A stretch of 64,000 bases of DNA. Source: a virus. Its lineage: Duplodnaviria > Caudoviricetes. The position numbers were made by a program, and so were the translations under genes. Shown here in pieces: positions 18,667-28,304 of the stretch. Location of the stretch: positions 192,001-256,000 of IMG/VR virus record IMGVR_UViG_3300028591_000070, one strand, 5' to 3'. The notes below the pieces were generated by a model that worked only from the letters and a program-made list of their open reading frames with translations, did no database searches and was not told the DNA's origin. How positions within the stretch are numbered: the first letter of the stretch is position 1; every line of letters begins with the position of its first letter.

Positions 18667-19404
18667 ATGAAGTTTATATTAGGAAAACCTGAAAATTATT
18701 GTTCTCAAAGAAACAATAAATACAAGAAAACAATGACTGGAAACATGGGTACTTCTAAAATGGAAGCCTCATGTATGTGTAATGTTACAGTTTTATCTGA
18801 AGCATTAGAAATTGGAGAATGGATTCAACCTAAAGGACAATATGACCAAAATGAGGATAATCTTTGTGATTATATTGTAACTGAGTCTGAAAAGCCAGAT
18901 TCTTATTATGCTATTCATTTTCCAGCAATGTGGAAAGAATGGATTGAAGGTAAGAAAGATGCTTATTGGCCAAATGAAGTCCATAAAGTTTTAGAAAATG
19001 GAGTAAACTCTTGGCTTGGATGTTCTCACGCAGATACTTTTATTGAAAGTTGTGCCATTAGTGATTTAATCAAACAGCTTTGGTATGTTAGAATGCCAAT
19101 TCCTATTTCAGTTAAATTTGGAAATCTAAATCATATTGTTTTATTAGAAGGTTTTGAAACATCTATGAGCGAGGCTGAATTAGCTAGAGCAGTAAATAAT
19201 AAAACAGCTGTTAAAATTGATAAATGGTATTATGATGATCCTTATGGAGCTTTTGATTGGAAGTCAAAAACATATCTTCCAAATAGAGGTTCAGGTGATG
19301 ACCAAGTTTTAACAAATGCTCAGTTTAATGAGAGTGTTAAGCCTCTTGGAAATACCAAAGTAAAATATGCCCATATCTTACATAGACCTGCAGCAGTAGT
19401 TTAA
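18667..19404 (+). CDS. C39-like cysteine peptidase (late; candidate lysis/virion enzyme)
   Basis: YCSQRNN, CNVT, NHIVLLEG, DDPYG: Q-C-H-D arrangement of C39-like peptidases. Confidence 0.65.
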   Translation: MKFILGKPENYCSQRNNKYKKTMTGNMGTSKMEASCMCNVTVLSEALEIGEWIQPKGQYDQNEDNLCDYIVTESEKPDSYYAIHFPAMWKEWIEGKKDAYWPNEVHKVLENGVNSWLGCSHADTFIESCAISDLIKQLWYVRMPIPISVKFGNLNHIVLLEGFETSMSEAELARAVNNKTAVKIDKWYYDDPYGAFDWKSKTYLPNRGSGDDQVLTNAQFNESVKPLGNTKVKYAHILHRPAAVV

Positions 19405-19418
19405 TGACTAATTAATTC

Positions 19419-20708
19419 ATGAATGCTAAGACATATTTTGTCCCAATCTTAAATGCAACTACTGAATTAGATCCTGCTTTCATTCGTGAATTTGTATTTG
19501 TATCTTCAATCTCAGGACAACTCCCTCTTGGATATTTTGATTATTTTGACCAAGAGGGCTCTTTTTTAAAAAGTTATGAAAATCTTTCTGTAGGTACTCC
19601 TATTACATTTGAAACATACACTGATAGTGAAAGTAAAGACCTTAAAAATTTTAAGTTTAAGAATTATGTAATTCTTTATGTAGAAAGTTTGAATGGAGAG
19701 GGTGACTCAGGCCAATTTGATGGAATTGAAGGAAATATTCGTGTATGGTTTGGTCATAAATGGTATTTATATAAAGATACTAAAAATCATGCTTATGCTC
19801 CAATGAAAAACTCAAAACTTGTAGAAAAAATCTTAAAAGATGATACAAGAGGTGTTTCTTTCAAAATAAAAAATCTTGTAGAGAGCGATGATGATGGAAA
19901 AGTTTCACGCTATAAAACATGTGAAACAGATATTGAGTTTTTAAATAATAAAGTTATTCCATTCTGTTCACATAAAAAACTTCCAATGTATTTATTCTGT
20001 GATATTTCAGGAGATTTTTCATTCAGCTCTTTTGCAAGACTATATGAACAAAAACCAAAGATTTTTTATACTCCTGCAACTATTTCTGAAGATGAGGGTT
20101 ATGATACTGTAGCAGCATCATTAGAACAAGATGCCCTTAAATGTGAAGCAACTAGCGATTTTATGTTCGCTACTATCGCAATGGGTAATAAGAAATTTTT
20201 AGATGAATCTAGAATGAAACTTTTCTTAGAGGATGCCGAAGAAGGTTCATTTATTTCTGGAACTAAAAATCCATTAAATACAGCTGGAAAAAGTACTGGC
20301 AGCCATTTCTATAATTTACTTCCACTTAATAAACACTATGCTATGACCTCTATGGGAACATCTGTATTTACAGTTAGAAATAGAGTTATGCAAGATGCTA
20401 TGTCATTAGCTTATTCTCATGTAAAAGATTTAGACAGTTGTTTTAAACTAACTATTTCAGGTTATTTTGATGCCAAACAGTATAACGTTGGCGAAACAGT
20501 AAATGTATATTTTAATTTAGGAAACTGGATGAATGGTAAATGGTTAATTGAATCATTTATGGTTGGCACAGGAGAAGGTGATGGTAAAAAAGATAACCTT
20601 CTTCAAAGTTTAGTTTTAATTCGCCCTACATTCTGTGGTGATGAGAATACTACTACTTTGGATAAGAAGACACGACTTTTCATGTATTCAGTTAAGGAGA
20701 ACAATTAA
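19419..20708 (+). CDS. putative baseplate hub protein
   Basis: Late motif; ETDIEFL, LTISG...VGETVNV...NGKWLIES pattern of gp27/gpD-like hubs; precedes spike-like gene. Confidence 0.55.
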   Translation: MNAKTYFVPILNATTELDPAFIREFVFVSSISGQLPLGYFDYFDQEGSFLKSYENLSVGTPITFETYTDSESKDLKNFKFKNYVILYVESLNGEGDSGQFDGIEGNIRVWFGHKWYLYKDTKNHAYAPMKNSKLVEKILKDDTRGVSFKIKNLVESDDDGKVSRYKTCETDIEFLNNKVIPFCSHKKLPMYLFCDISGDFSFSSFARLYEQKPKIFYTPATISEDEGYDTVAASLEQDALKCEATSDFMFATIAMGNKKFLDESRMKLFLEDAEEGSFISGTKNPLNTAGKSTGSHFYNLLPLNKHYAMTSMGTSVFTVRNRVMQDAMSLAYSHVKDLDSCFKLTISGYFDAKQYNVGETVNVYFNLGNWMNGKWLIESFMVGTGEGDGKKDNLLQSLVLIRPTFCGDENTTTLDKKTRLFMYSVKENN

Positions 20709-21463
20709 TGTTTGAAACTGAGTTTTTAATTCCGCAAGAGCCAGAAATATCAGATGAACTTGTCTTAAGAAAGGCTCGTATATATGACATTATAGACCAA
20801 GATAATAATCAACTCAAAGTATGGCCATTACCAGACTTGGCAGGTATTCCAGAAAATGAATATGATAATCTTCCTGTGTTTCAGCCTTTTTATCCAGGCA
20901 CTTATGTTTCAGGTCGTACAGTTAAAAAAGATGGAAAAGAAAAAGCAGATTTAGTTTGGTGTGTATGCACTAAAGATTTTCAAACAGGATATATTTTAGG
21001 ACTCTGTTCTCAGTTTTACTGGGATGACGACCAGAAAGCTAAAGCAGGTTCCGTTAGATTTGAAAAATTGGCAAATTATTGTCGTGAGAGAAAATGTTGG
21101 GCATCAGATTTCAAATATGAAGATCTGGTAGTAGTAAAAGCAACTCAAAATCCAAGCTCAGGTGGTTTAATAGAATTTTACAACAGAAATACAGGAGATT
21201 GGTTTTTGATAAATACAACTGGTGCAATGATTTCTGTACAACGCAGTAAGATTTATTTAAGGGTAGGTTCACCAGGAAAATCTTTCTCTTCAATCGATAT
21301 GTCTGGTAATAGTATCGATTTTAAAACAAATGAAGTAAACTTTTCAAAGTGCCAGAATATTACTCTTGGCCATAGCGGCATGCTATTAGCTACAATACCA
21401 AGTGGTACCTGTATAGGTCGTAATGGTGTTATGGTTAGTAATGCATCCAATATTCATGTCTAA
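20708..21463 (+). CDS. putative baseplate spike (gp5/gpV-like)
   Basis: N-terminal OB-like segment and beta-rich C-terminus; coupled to hub gene. Confidence 0.5.
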   Translation: MFETEFLIPQEPEISDELVLRKARIYDIIDQDNNQLKVWPLPDLAGIPENEYDNLPVFQPFYPGTYVSGRTVKKDGKEKADLVWCVCTKDFQTGYILGLCSQFYWDDDQKAKAGSVRFEKLANYCRERKCWASDFKYEDLVVVKATQNPSSGGLIEFYNRNTGDWFLINTTGAMISVQRSKIYLRVGSPGKSFSSIDMSGNSIDFKTNEVNFSKCQNITLGHSGMLLATIPSGTCIGRNGVMVSNASNIHV

Positions 21464-21480
21464 CTAGAGGAGGTTTTCAC

Positions 21481-21660
21481 ATGGACGAAAAGATTCTTAA
21501 AGAAGAGTTAGATCTTCGAAAAGAAATTCAGGTTCGGCTTAATAAGATTAAAAAGATTAAGCGGAAGATCAAAGATTTAGGTTATTCTATGGAAGGTTAT
21601 GAAGCCGAAATAAAAGACCTAGAGGAAGATATTAAAAAATTACAGAAAAAGACTAAATAA
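21481..21660 (+). CDS. small coiled-coil protein (59 aa, not in ORF track)
   Basis: MDEKILKEELDLRKEIQVRL...; strong GAGGAGG SD. Confidence 0.7.
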   Translation: MDEKILKEELDLRKEIQVRLNKIKKIKRKIKDLGYSMEGYEAEIKDLEEDIKKLQKKTK

Positions 21661-21680
21661 TTATAAAGGAAATAATATAA

Positions 21681-22547
21681 ATGAATAATTTAAATGAAAT
21701 GGGAATGAGAAAGCCAACAACCTCTTTTAATGTTCAGCATCTAAATAAATGTCTTGGAATTATTCAAGCAGAAATGGGTGCAAATTTTGAAAAAGAAGGT
21801 GTTAAGAACACAGTTCGCTATGAAGAAAAGCCAGGAGTAAATGATGCTTGTATTATTACATTTACAAAGCCTTTGAGAGATGAAACTGGTAGAAATTATA
21901 TGGATAAAGCTGAGAGTTATTTAAGAGGTGCTAAATTAAATCTTGCAAGCATTCCAGCAGATCCTGAGATTTTAAGTTCTCTTGCTTCTATTGCTTATTG
22001 TATCGACTATGATAATGCTACTTTTATAAATGACCATGAAGTAGAATTGATAAATCCAGAAGTTACAAGTTATGATGTACAGCTTATTGTGCCAAACCCT
22101 ACTGGAAGATCTAGCAAACCTAAAATTGCAGAAGAGAAAGTTTATTATGGTATTTTCTCAGATACAGGATATGGCCCAAGAAGTTCAACAATCATACCAA
22201 AGATTAAGAAAAGAATTCTTCAAGATTGTTTCGAATGTATTTCTAATCCAGAACATGAGATTTACAGAGACAACGGTAGCATTTATGGTATTTTTGAAGA
22301 CAGAAGTGATGCAGCAAACGCAATTAGAAGTAGAAGAGACGATGAAGCTTATAGTGCACAATATTCAAGAGGCTATTATAGAACAGCTTACATTGTATAC
22401 AAATGTAATAAAGATGGTGAGTTAATTATGTCTTTAAGAGATTTCTATGACCCAACTCTTTGGGATAAATATCCAAGTGAAGACGAAATTAGAGAGTGTA
22501 TTAAAGCATATAATGCATCAATCTTAAATAGAGGAGCAAATGAATAA
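21681..22547 (+). CDS. putative internal head protein
   Basis: ACTAAA at 21652; N-terminal LNE motif. Confidence 0.6.
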   Translation: MNNLNEMGMRKPTTSFNVQHLNKCLGIIQAEMGANFEKEGVKNTVRYEEKPGVNDACIITFTKPLRDETGRNYMDKAESYLRGAKLNLASIPADPEILSSLASIAYCIDYDNATFINDHEVELINPEVTSYDVQLIVPNPTGRSSKPKIAEEKVYYGIFSDTGYGPRSSTIIPKIKKRILQDCFECISNPEHEIYRDNGSIYGIFEDRSDAANAIRSRRDDEAYSAQYSRGYYRTAYIVYKCNKDGELIMSLRDFYDPTLWDKYPSEDEIRECIKAYNASILNRGANE

Positions 22548-23059
22548 TGTTTTATGATGGCGATTGGGTAGAAGCTTACGATGCAAACTTTGCAACACCT
22601 TGGAAAGGACAAATTGCTCATAATGCAGATGGCGAATTAATCGTCATCAAAGAAAATGGAGATTATCGATATTTCTATAATCTTGCAAAAATTAAAAGAG
22701 CAGCTGCTCCTAGAAAAGATTACGACTTTGGTTTAAGGGAAGCTGAAGAAGAATTCAAAAACTATAATGATTATTTATCATACCAGATCCATAGTAATAT
22801 GGAGAAAGGTGTTGACTATACAAAAGCTAATGATTTACAGAAAAAAGAATTAGCTAAAAACTATGCAACTGTGGCAGCATCACAGAAAAATAAAATGGAG
22901 AATACTCCAAAAAATGATAAAGAAGCTGAAGACTCTTTTAACGGTGCTTTAGCTAATGAGTTGTTATCTCAAAATTCTGAAAAAGCTGCAACAGCTCAGA
23001 AAAATATTGATGAGATTAGTTCAAAAATACAAGAACAAATAATGGGAGAACTTAAATAA
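22547..23059 (+). CDS. putative internal head protein
   Basis: Translationally coupled; internal LREAEE. Confidence 0.55.
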   Translation: MFYDGDWVEAYDANFATPWKGQIAHNADGELIVIKENGDYRYFYNLAKIKRAAAPRKDYDFGLREAEEEFKNYNDYLSYQIHSNMEKGVDYTKANDLQKKELAKNYATVAASQKNKMENTPKNDKEAEDSFNGALANELLSQNSEKAATAQKNIDEISSKIQEQIMGELK

Positions 23060-24447
23060 TGACAAAATTGCATGAAGCACAAGCCAATATGGCATATTAT
23101 GGATTTAAGAGAGTTCCTGAAAGAGATTTCTCAGATGATGGAACAAGATTCTTTATGTGGGTTTGGGACCCAGAAGATACAGGTCATTCACCATTCTACT
23201 TTTCAAAAGCGGGTGGATATGATATGGTTTTCTTTTCAGAACATTTTGGCTCAAATGTTCGTCAAGAATGTCGTAGACATGGCTATAATAACTTAGATGA
23301 CTTAAATGGCATTTCTAAGAGTGCATTTACCGATGAAGCATTAGGTAAAATTGTAGCTCAATTACAAAAGATTCGTGAATCAGATTGGTTTGAATCTCTT
23401 TGTCCTGAGTTTTCAACAAGAGGTGCTATTGACCAAGGTATTGAAGTAAAAGACTATAATGCTGATAAAGATCATCAGAGAGTTATGGATTTTGCTAAAC
23501 GCGCTGGTGGCGATACTGATAAAATGATTAAATTAGCAGCTAATATGGCTAAAGCTATTAAAGATGAAGAAAAAATGAGATCAAGATGGCAAGCAGCAGT
23601 TGATATTTATGGATCAGAGAGTCCTGTTGCAAAAGCATTTGAAGCTCAAGCTAATGCTAATCATTGGCATATCAATATTAGACCTCGTTCAGGTGATATT
23701 GACTGGTCATCTTTATTTGAAAGTACTATCCGAGAAAATGTAAAAGATGAAAGCATTTATAACGCTCATGCTGAATATGAGAAAGACCAATTAAAGAAAA
23801 AAGAAGAGGAAGATAATCAGGAAAACTTTACTTTTGATGAAGGTTCTGTAAAGTTGGCAACAGTTGTTAAGGAATCAGAAGAAAGAAAATATTGGAATAA
23901 TTTCTTTGATAAACTTACAGAATCTACAGATGTCGATAGAACTGAAGACCTTCTTAAAGATTATTTTGATACAACAAACGTTGAACTTTCAGACGAAACT
24001 TGTTGGGGATTGCCAGTTTATATCGTAGATAATAAGAGATATGCTGTTGGAGATAGTGATGAAGCTTATGATGCTGCAGTTCGACAAGCTATTAGTGTAT
24101 TTGAAGATGATACAGATGAAGGCAAAATAAGATGGCTTCAAAAAAATAACTGGCCTGGAATTGATGAGGACTCAGTTTGCGATGATTTAGGTGATGACCC
24201 AGCTGATTATGAAGAAGGAGAATTAATTTATAGACCTAGTTCAATAAGTGAATATTTAGATACTATGGGTTATTCTGATGCAGCAGATGCTTTCTCTATG
24301 GCCTTTATAGGAAATTATTTAAATAAACGTGAATTAGGAGAATATGTTGTTGACTCAGATGGAGTTGGACCTTTAGCATCAGAAGATGGTAAAGAAATTT
24401 CAATTGGTGATGGTTTATCAGCATTTTGTTTAGGAGGAGCATACTAA
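23059..24447 (+). CDS. modular putative internal head polyprotein
   Basis: N-terminal LHEA; internal LFES/IREN/VKES/LTES motifs between domains. Confidence 0.6.
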   Translation: MTKLHEAQANMAYYGFKRVPERDFSDDGTRFFMWVWDPEDTGHSPFYFSKAGGYDMVFFSEHFGSNVRQECRRHGYNNLDDLNGISKSAFTDEALGKIVAQLQKIRESDWFESLCPEFSTRGAIDQGIEVKDYNADKDHQRVMDFAKRAGGDTDKMIKLAANMAKAIKDEEKMRSRWQAAVDIYGSESPVAKAFEAQANANHWHINIRPRSGDIDWSSLFESTIRENVKDESIYNAHAEYEKDQLKKKEEEDNQENFTFDEGSVKLATVVKESEERKYWNNFFDKLTESTDVDRTEDLLKDYFDTTNVELSDETCWGLPVYIVDNKRYAVGDSDEAYDAAVRQAISVFEDDTDEGKIRWLQKNNWPGIDEDSVCDDLGDDPADYEEGELIYRPSSISEYLDTMGYSDAADAFSMAFIGNYLNKRELGEYVVDSDGVGPLASEDGKEISIGDGLSAFCLGGAY

Positions 24448-24752
24448 TGGAAGTAAAATTTTTTAAAGCAGTTTATAATGAGTATGATAGAAGCTTAGAT
24501 AGAGGCGTTTATTATATTCAAGAATTAGACGACGCGTCTGATTTTTTTGATGATAGGAGATTTGAGTATGTAGAGTTTGCTCAACCTTGTACAGTTGATG
24601 ATTTAGATGACATTATTGGAAAAGATTCTCCTTTTGCTAAAAATGAAAGTCTTAGAAAATTTATTGAAGCTGTTGATGAAGCAGAATCTATTTTCTGTTA
24701 TGGAGAAGGTGGCGGAACATCTTTCTGTAATTACTATCTTGTAAATATTTAA
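24447..24752 (+). CDS. hypothetical protein
   Basis: Start at MEVKFF, TAATG coupling, GGAGG SD. Confidence 0.7.
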   Translation: MEVKFFKAVYNEYDRSLDRGVYYIQELDDASDFFDDRRFEYVEFAQPCTVDDLDDIIGKDSPFAKNESLRKFIEAVDEAESIFCYGEGGGTSFCNYYLVNI

Positions 24753-24755
24753 TAC

Positions 24756-24787
24756 AAAAAGCCGAGTGTTTACTCGGCTTCTTTTTT
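24756..24787. terminator. bidirectional intrinsic terminator
   Basis: AAGCCGAGT-gttt-ACTCGGCTT flanked by A and T tracts. Confidence 0.7.
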
Positions 24788-24916
24788 GTATTTTGGATTC
24801 ATCCATCTGCGTTCATAAGTAGTACAATGTTCTTTAACAGTAAAAATTAAACCATCTTCTGATTTATATTTTGTAATCTGTTTACCATTCTTATCTTTAG
24901 AAATAATAATCTTCAT
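24770..24916 (-). CDS. small early hypothetical protein
   Basis: MKIIISK start; GTATATTCT at 24921-24929. Confidence 0.55.
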   Translation of the reverse strand: MKIIISKDKNGKQITKYKSEDGLIFTVKEHCTTYERRWMNPKYKKEAE

Positions 24917-24949
24917 ATTAAGAATATACTTTTTTATTCTAAAAAATAT

Positions 24950-24979
24950 AAAAGCCACTCAAAAAAGTGGCTTTATTTT
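24950..24979 (-). terminator. intrinsic terminator
   Basis: AAAGCCACT...AGTGGCTTT. Confidence 0.65.
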
Positions 24980-25944
24980 TATCTAACATCCCAACAAGTA
25001 ACATCTTCTAGATTATCTTCAATATATTTAGCAAGCATACCTGAATTTGCAAAGTTATCAATAATATCAGCTAAATGGTCTTCAAGAGCTTCATTTTCTG
25101 GCTCATCGGTTTTGAGATCCCAAAATTCTGCTTCAATATCATCATAAACATCTCCGGTCAACCATTCCTCTCCATCAGGTGGCTCCCAATAACTGCCAGG
25201 TGTAGACCAACCAGCTGCTCCTGCAGTAAATTTTACCTCATATATAAGTTTATAAAGGGCTTTTGTAATTCTATCTTTGAAAATAAATGCAATTTTATTA
25301 ATAAATGTTGCTGAACCACCATCATCATCTAAGTCCAAATCTGGGTCATTACATTCTTCAGGCTCAATAGATACGATATATTTTGCAAGGTCTTCTTCTG
25401 AAATAGCACCAGATTTAACAAAAAGATCTCTATAATAAGCTTGTTCTTTCTTATATTTTTCTAAATTACGTCTGGCTTTAGCACTTGCTCTTTTATCGGT
25501 AACATCTTTGTCTGGTAAATTTTGACTATTAAATGTTGCTTCTATAGAAAGCATTTTTGAAGTAATCTTTAATGCAGCTAAAGAAACATCTACGGGAACA
25601 TTATATTTGTTTTCACAATTTTTTGCTTCATCTGTTAAATAATTTATATCTCTATCTTTAACAAAATAAAGATTTTTCCAATAAAAAATTTCTTTATCAT
25701 TTAAAGAGATATGGCCTGGAAAAGATGAATTACTATAATAAACCCTAAAATTATAATTTTGAGGTAAGTTAAATCGCAATGAAAAACTATATCTATCTTT
25801 TTTAAGAATTTTTCCATTTAAGCTTTTAGCCAAAATTATAGCTAGTCTTTCTGTTTTCGATAAATTGGTATTATAAGCGATAGAAATTTCACTTCTATTA
25901 GCTTCTTTTAAGGATGCTTTAATAAATTCTTGTACTATATCCAT
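24979..25944 (-). CDS. putative internal head protein
   Basis: ACTAAT at 25953-25958; N-terminal SLKEA; acidic C-terminal domain. Confidence 0.6.
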   Translation of the reverse strand: MDIVQEFIKASLKEANRSEISIAYNTNLSKTERLAIILAKSLNGKILKKDRYSFSLRFNLPQNYNFRVYYSNSSFPGHISLNDKEIFYWKNLYFVKDRDINYLTDEAKNCENKYNVPVDVSLAALKITSKMLSIEATFNSQNLPDKDVTDKRASAKARRNLEKYKKEQAYYRDLFVKSGAISEEDLAKYIVSIEPEECNDPDLDLDDDGGSATFINKIAFIFKDRITKALYKLIYEVKFTAGAAGWSTPGSYWEPPDGEEWLTGDVYDDIEAEFWDLKTDEPENEALEDHLADIIDNFANSGMLAKYIEDNLEDVTCWDVR

Positions 25945-25953
25945 ATGAATAAA

Positions 25954-26235
25954 TTAGTTAGATTTTATGTTTATTCCTGAGTTTTTACATTTAATTTTGA
26001 ATTCATCAGTGATAATTTCAAATTTACTTTCACCCATATCCTGATTTAGAAAGCCATCTCTTAAAAAGTAATTATCGATTTGAAATTTACCGATCATGCA
26101 TCCTTTAAGATCAATATCGAATTTCTGAGGAGGTCTATTGGCCAATGGGTCACTATTTATTATCTGATTATTATGAAAAAACTCTTGAACTTCTGCACAT
26201 TCTCTTGGATTGTCAAATGAAAAAGTTATTGTCAT
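25954..26235 (-). CDS. hypothetical protein
   Basis: 93 aa ORF coupled to the PolA C-fragment. Confidence 0.65.
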   Translation of the reverse strand: MTITFSFDNPRECAEVQEFFHNNQIINSDPLANRPPQKFDIDLKGCMIGKFQIDNYFLRDGFLNQDMGESKFEIITDEFKIKCKNSGINIKSN

Positions 26236-27245
26236 TGTAAAACTTCCTTATTATCAATAATATACTCATAGCCTCTAGGGTCTGTAGTTCTTCGAGGAAC
26301 ATATTGAACACCAATCTTTGGAGTTAAGTCAATAACACCATGAAGAGGAATCCATCCATTTTTAACTGCGTCAATATCATCAAAGGTAAAGTTTTTACCA
26401 AACTTTTCATTCCATTTTGCTAACTCAACTTTAATATCAAACTTTTCAATATTTATTTCTCTACCTTGACGGAATACTTCTCCTGCTGATGGGTCTGCTT
26501 CCTCAACGTCAATATGCATTGGAATACCAAAATTAGGTTGACGAGCAACTGAAGCAAGATAGTTTAGATAAGCATACATTAAATCTCTTTCAGGTTTGTA
26601 AACATATAACTCCTGAGAGTCATGTACATAATTAAATACTCTAGAACGCAATCCTAATTTCTTAATCATACCACAAACTGCTGTTACATTAGGCATGGCT
26701 TGGTAAACTTCTTCTGTCTGAACTGGGGAGTTTGTAGCATCATTTTTAAGGTGTTTAAACATAGCACTAAACAATTTTTTGTCTGCGCCTACGACTTCAC
26801 CTTTAGCATTTCTTTTCATAAAACGGAATTCTTGAAGATGGCGAACAGGACCAGTCCAAGTTCTAACATATCCATGTGTCATAGCAAAATTTTGCTCACG
26901 TTCAGTACGACCAAAGAGTCCTGGATATGTATCAGCGAATAATTCACGGATTTTAGTGCCAATTAAAGAATATTTAATATCGAGTGGATCTTGATTTGGC
27001 TTTTTAGCCAATATAGCTTGATTTATAGCATCAGTAAGTCCAAAAGCTTTTGCAGCTTTATCACAATCTTCTTCACTAAAACCACTTTGTCTCATCTGAG
27101 AACCTAAAGCTGAACCCGAACAAGCAAAAATTGTAGCAAAGTTTACTGTTTTAGAGTTTTGTCTATCATCACTGTAGGGTTTTATTTTTTTAACTTTAAG
27201 AAAGTCAGCCAACTCCATTGGCCTTTTTGTAATTGTATAAGACAT
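26232..27245 (-). CDS. polA: DNA polymerase family A, C-terminal fragment (fingers/palm)
   Basis: Motif B RQNSKTVNFATIF, GYVRTWTGPVR, ATNSPVQ, motif C VHDS. Confidence 0.88.
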   Translation of the reverse strand: MSYTITKRPMELADFLKVKKIKPYSDDRQNSKTVNFATIFACSGSALGSQMRQSGFSEEDCDKAAKAFGLTDAINQAILAKKPNQDPLDIKYSLIGTKIRELFADTYPGLFGRTEREQNFAMTHGYVRTWTGPVRHLQEFRFMKRNAKGEVVGADKKLFSAMFKHLKNDATNSPVQTEEVYQAMPNVTAVCGMIKKLGLRSRVFNYVHDSQELYVYKPERDLMYAYLNYLASVARQPNFGIPMHIDVEEADPSAGEVFRQGREINIEKFDIKVELAKWNEKFGKNFTFDDIDAVKNGWIPLHGVIDLTPKIGVQYVPRRTTDPRGYEYIIDNKEVLQ

Positions 27246-27283
27246 AACATTATATTAACTAATTTATTCAAGGAGAAATATAA

Positions 27284-28270
27284 ATGGACGATTTTCCAGT
27301 ACTCATACCAGAAGATGGTGGTTTTGCAATATATTTAAATGATGAAAGAGTAGATTGGTATAACAATGAAGCCGATGCTGAAGGTGTTGCTCTTTCTATG
27401 GTTGATGAAGAATTAAATGATGAAAGTTTTTTTGATAGACCACTTGAAGAGTCGGTAAACTTAAAAGAATCTTTTAGTAGTCCTATATACACTGGTCTAG
27501 CTTACAAGGAAGCTTATGCAAATATTATTTCAAGTTTTGTTGGACAGATTTGGGATGGTATTGGCGAGAGTGACAGCAGAGAAGGCAGAATATTTAATTA
27601 TTATTACAAACATATTGATTATGTTCATGCCGGCGAAGAAAATGGTGAATTCGTAGTATATATTTATCCATATGATATTGACTCTCTTATTAGAGGTATT
27701 TGGAGAGTTGCACAGATTGAGAGAAGCGATAATGGCTCGACTGATAAAAATATATATTATGATTATTTGGATGCTGATTGGTCTGATATTTGTAAATTAC
27801 AAGGAGCTTTAAAATCTATTTCTAAAAGATGGAATCAAGATCCTTCTAACTTCAAAAATGAACCTTGGTCTGATGAGAAAAAAGCTGAAAATGACGCAAG
27901 AATAGCTAAAGCAAAAGCTGAGGCAGAGGCAAAAGCAGCGGCCGAAAAGAAAGCTAAAGAAGAAGCTGAAGCAGCCGAAAAAGCAAGATTTGATCAAAAA
28001 CAAGCTGATATTGCAGCAAATATTCATCCTGATGCTAAAGATATTATGAGAGCATCAGATGCTTGGAAGAGAACGTTTAATAAACCAGGTAGATTACAAA
28101 ACTTATATTATCAGATGCAGAGACAGTTGGATAAAATTACTGACTTAAATAAAGCAAAACGTAGAATCGTTGCCTTCTATCAAGAAGCCTTAAAGCACCC
28201 AGATGTAGATAGCTATGATTATTGGATTAAGCGCTTTAAAGAAAAAATGGATAGAGATATTGACTTATAA
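27284..28270 (+). CDS. putative internal head protein
   Basis: ACTAAT at 27258; LEES/LKES motifs; AK-rich linker. Confidence 0.6.
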   Translation: MDDFPVLIPEDGGFAIYLNDERVDWYNNEADAEGVALSMVDEELNDESFFDRPLEESVNLKESFSSPIYTGLAYKEAYANIISSFVGQIWDGIGESDSREGRIFNYYYKHIDYVHAGEENGEFVVYIYPYDIDSLIRGIWRVAQIERSDNGSTDKNIYYDYLDADWSDICKLQGALKSISKRWNQDPSNFKNEPWSDEKKAENDARIAKAKAEAEAKAAAEKKAKEEAEAAEKARFDQKQADIAANIHPDAKDIMRASDAWKRTFNKPGRLQNLYYQMQRQLDKITDLNKAKRRIVAFYQEALKHPDVDSYDYWIKRFKEKMDRDIDL

Positions 28271-28274
28271 AAAT

Positions 28275-28301
28275 AAAGGTGAGCATTAAGCTCACCTTTT
28301 T
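28275..28301. terminator. bidirectional intrinsic terminator
   Basis: AAAGGTGAGC-atta-AGCTCACCTTTT between convergent genes. Confidence 0.75.
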
Positions 28302-28304
28302 AAT

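Noticed and set aside
3829-27245. Canonical split intein or RNA trans-splicing joining the polA pieces
   Set aside because: There is no intein block A or TxxH, and no HN-C/S/T on the C-fragment. There is no non-coding room for intron RNA: the N-fragment stop overlaps a convergent gene and the C-fragment starts 6 nt after its promoter motif.
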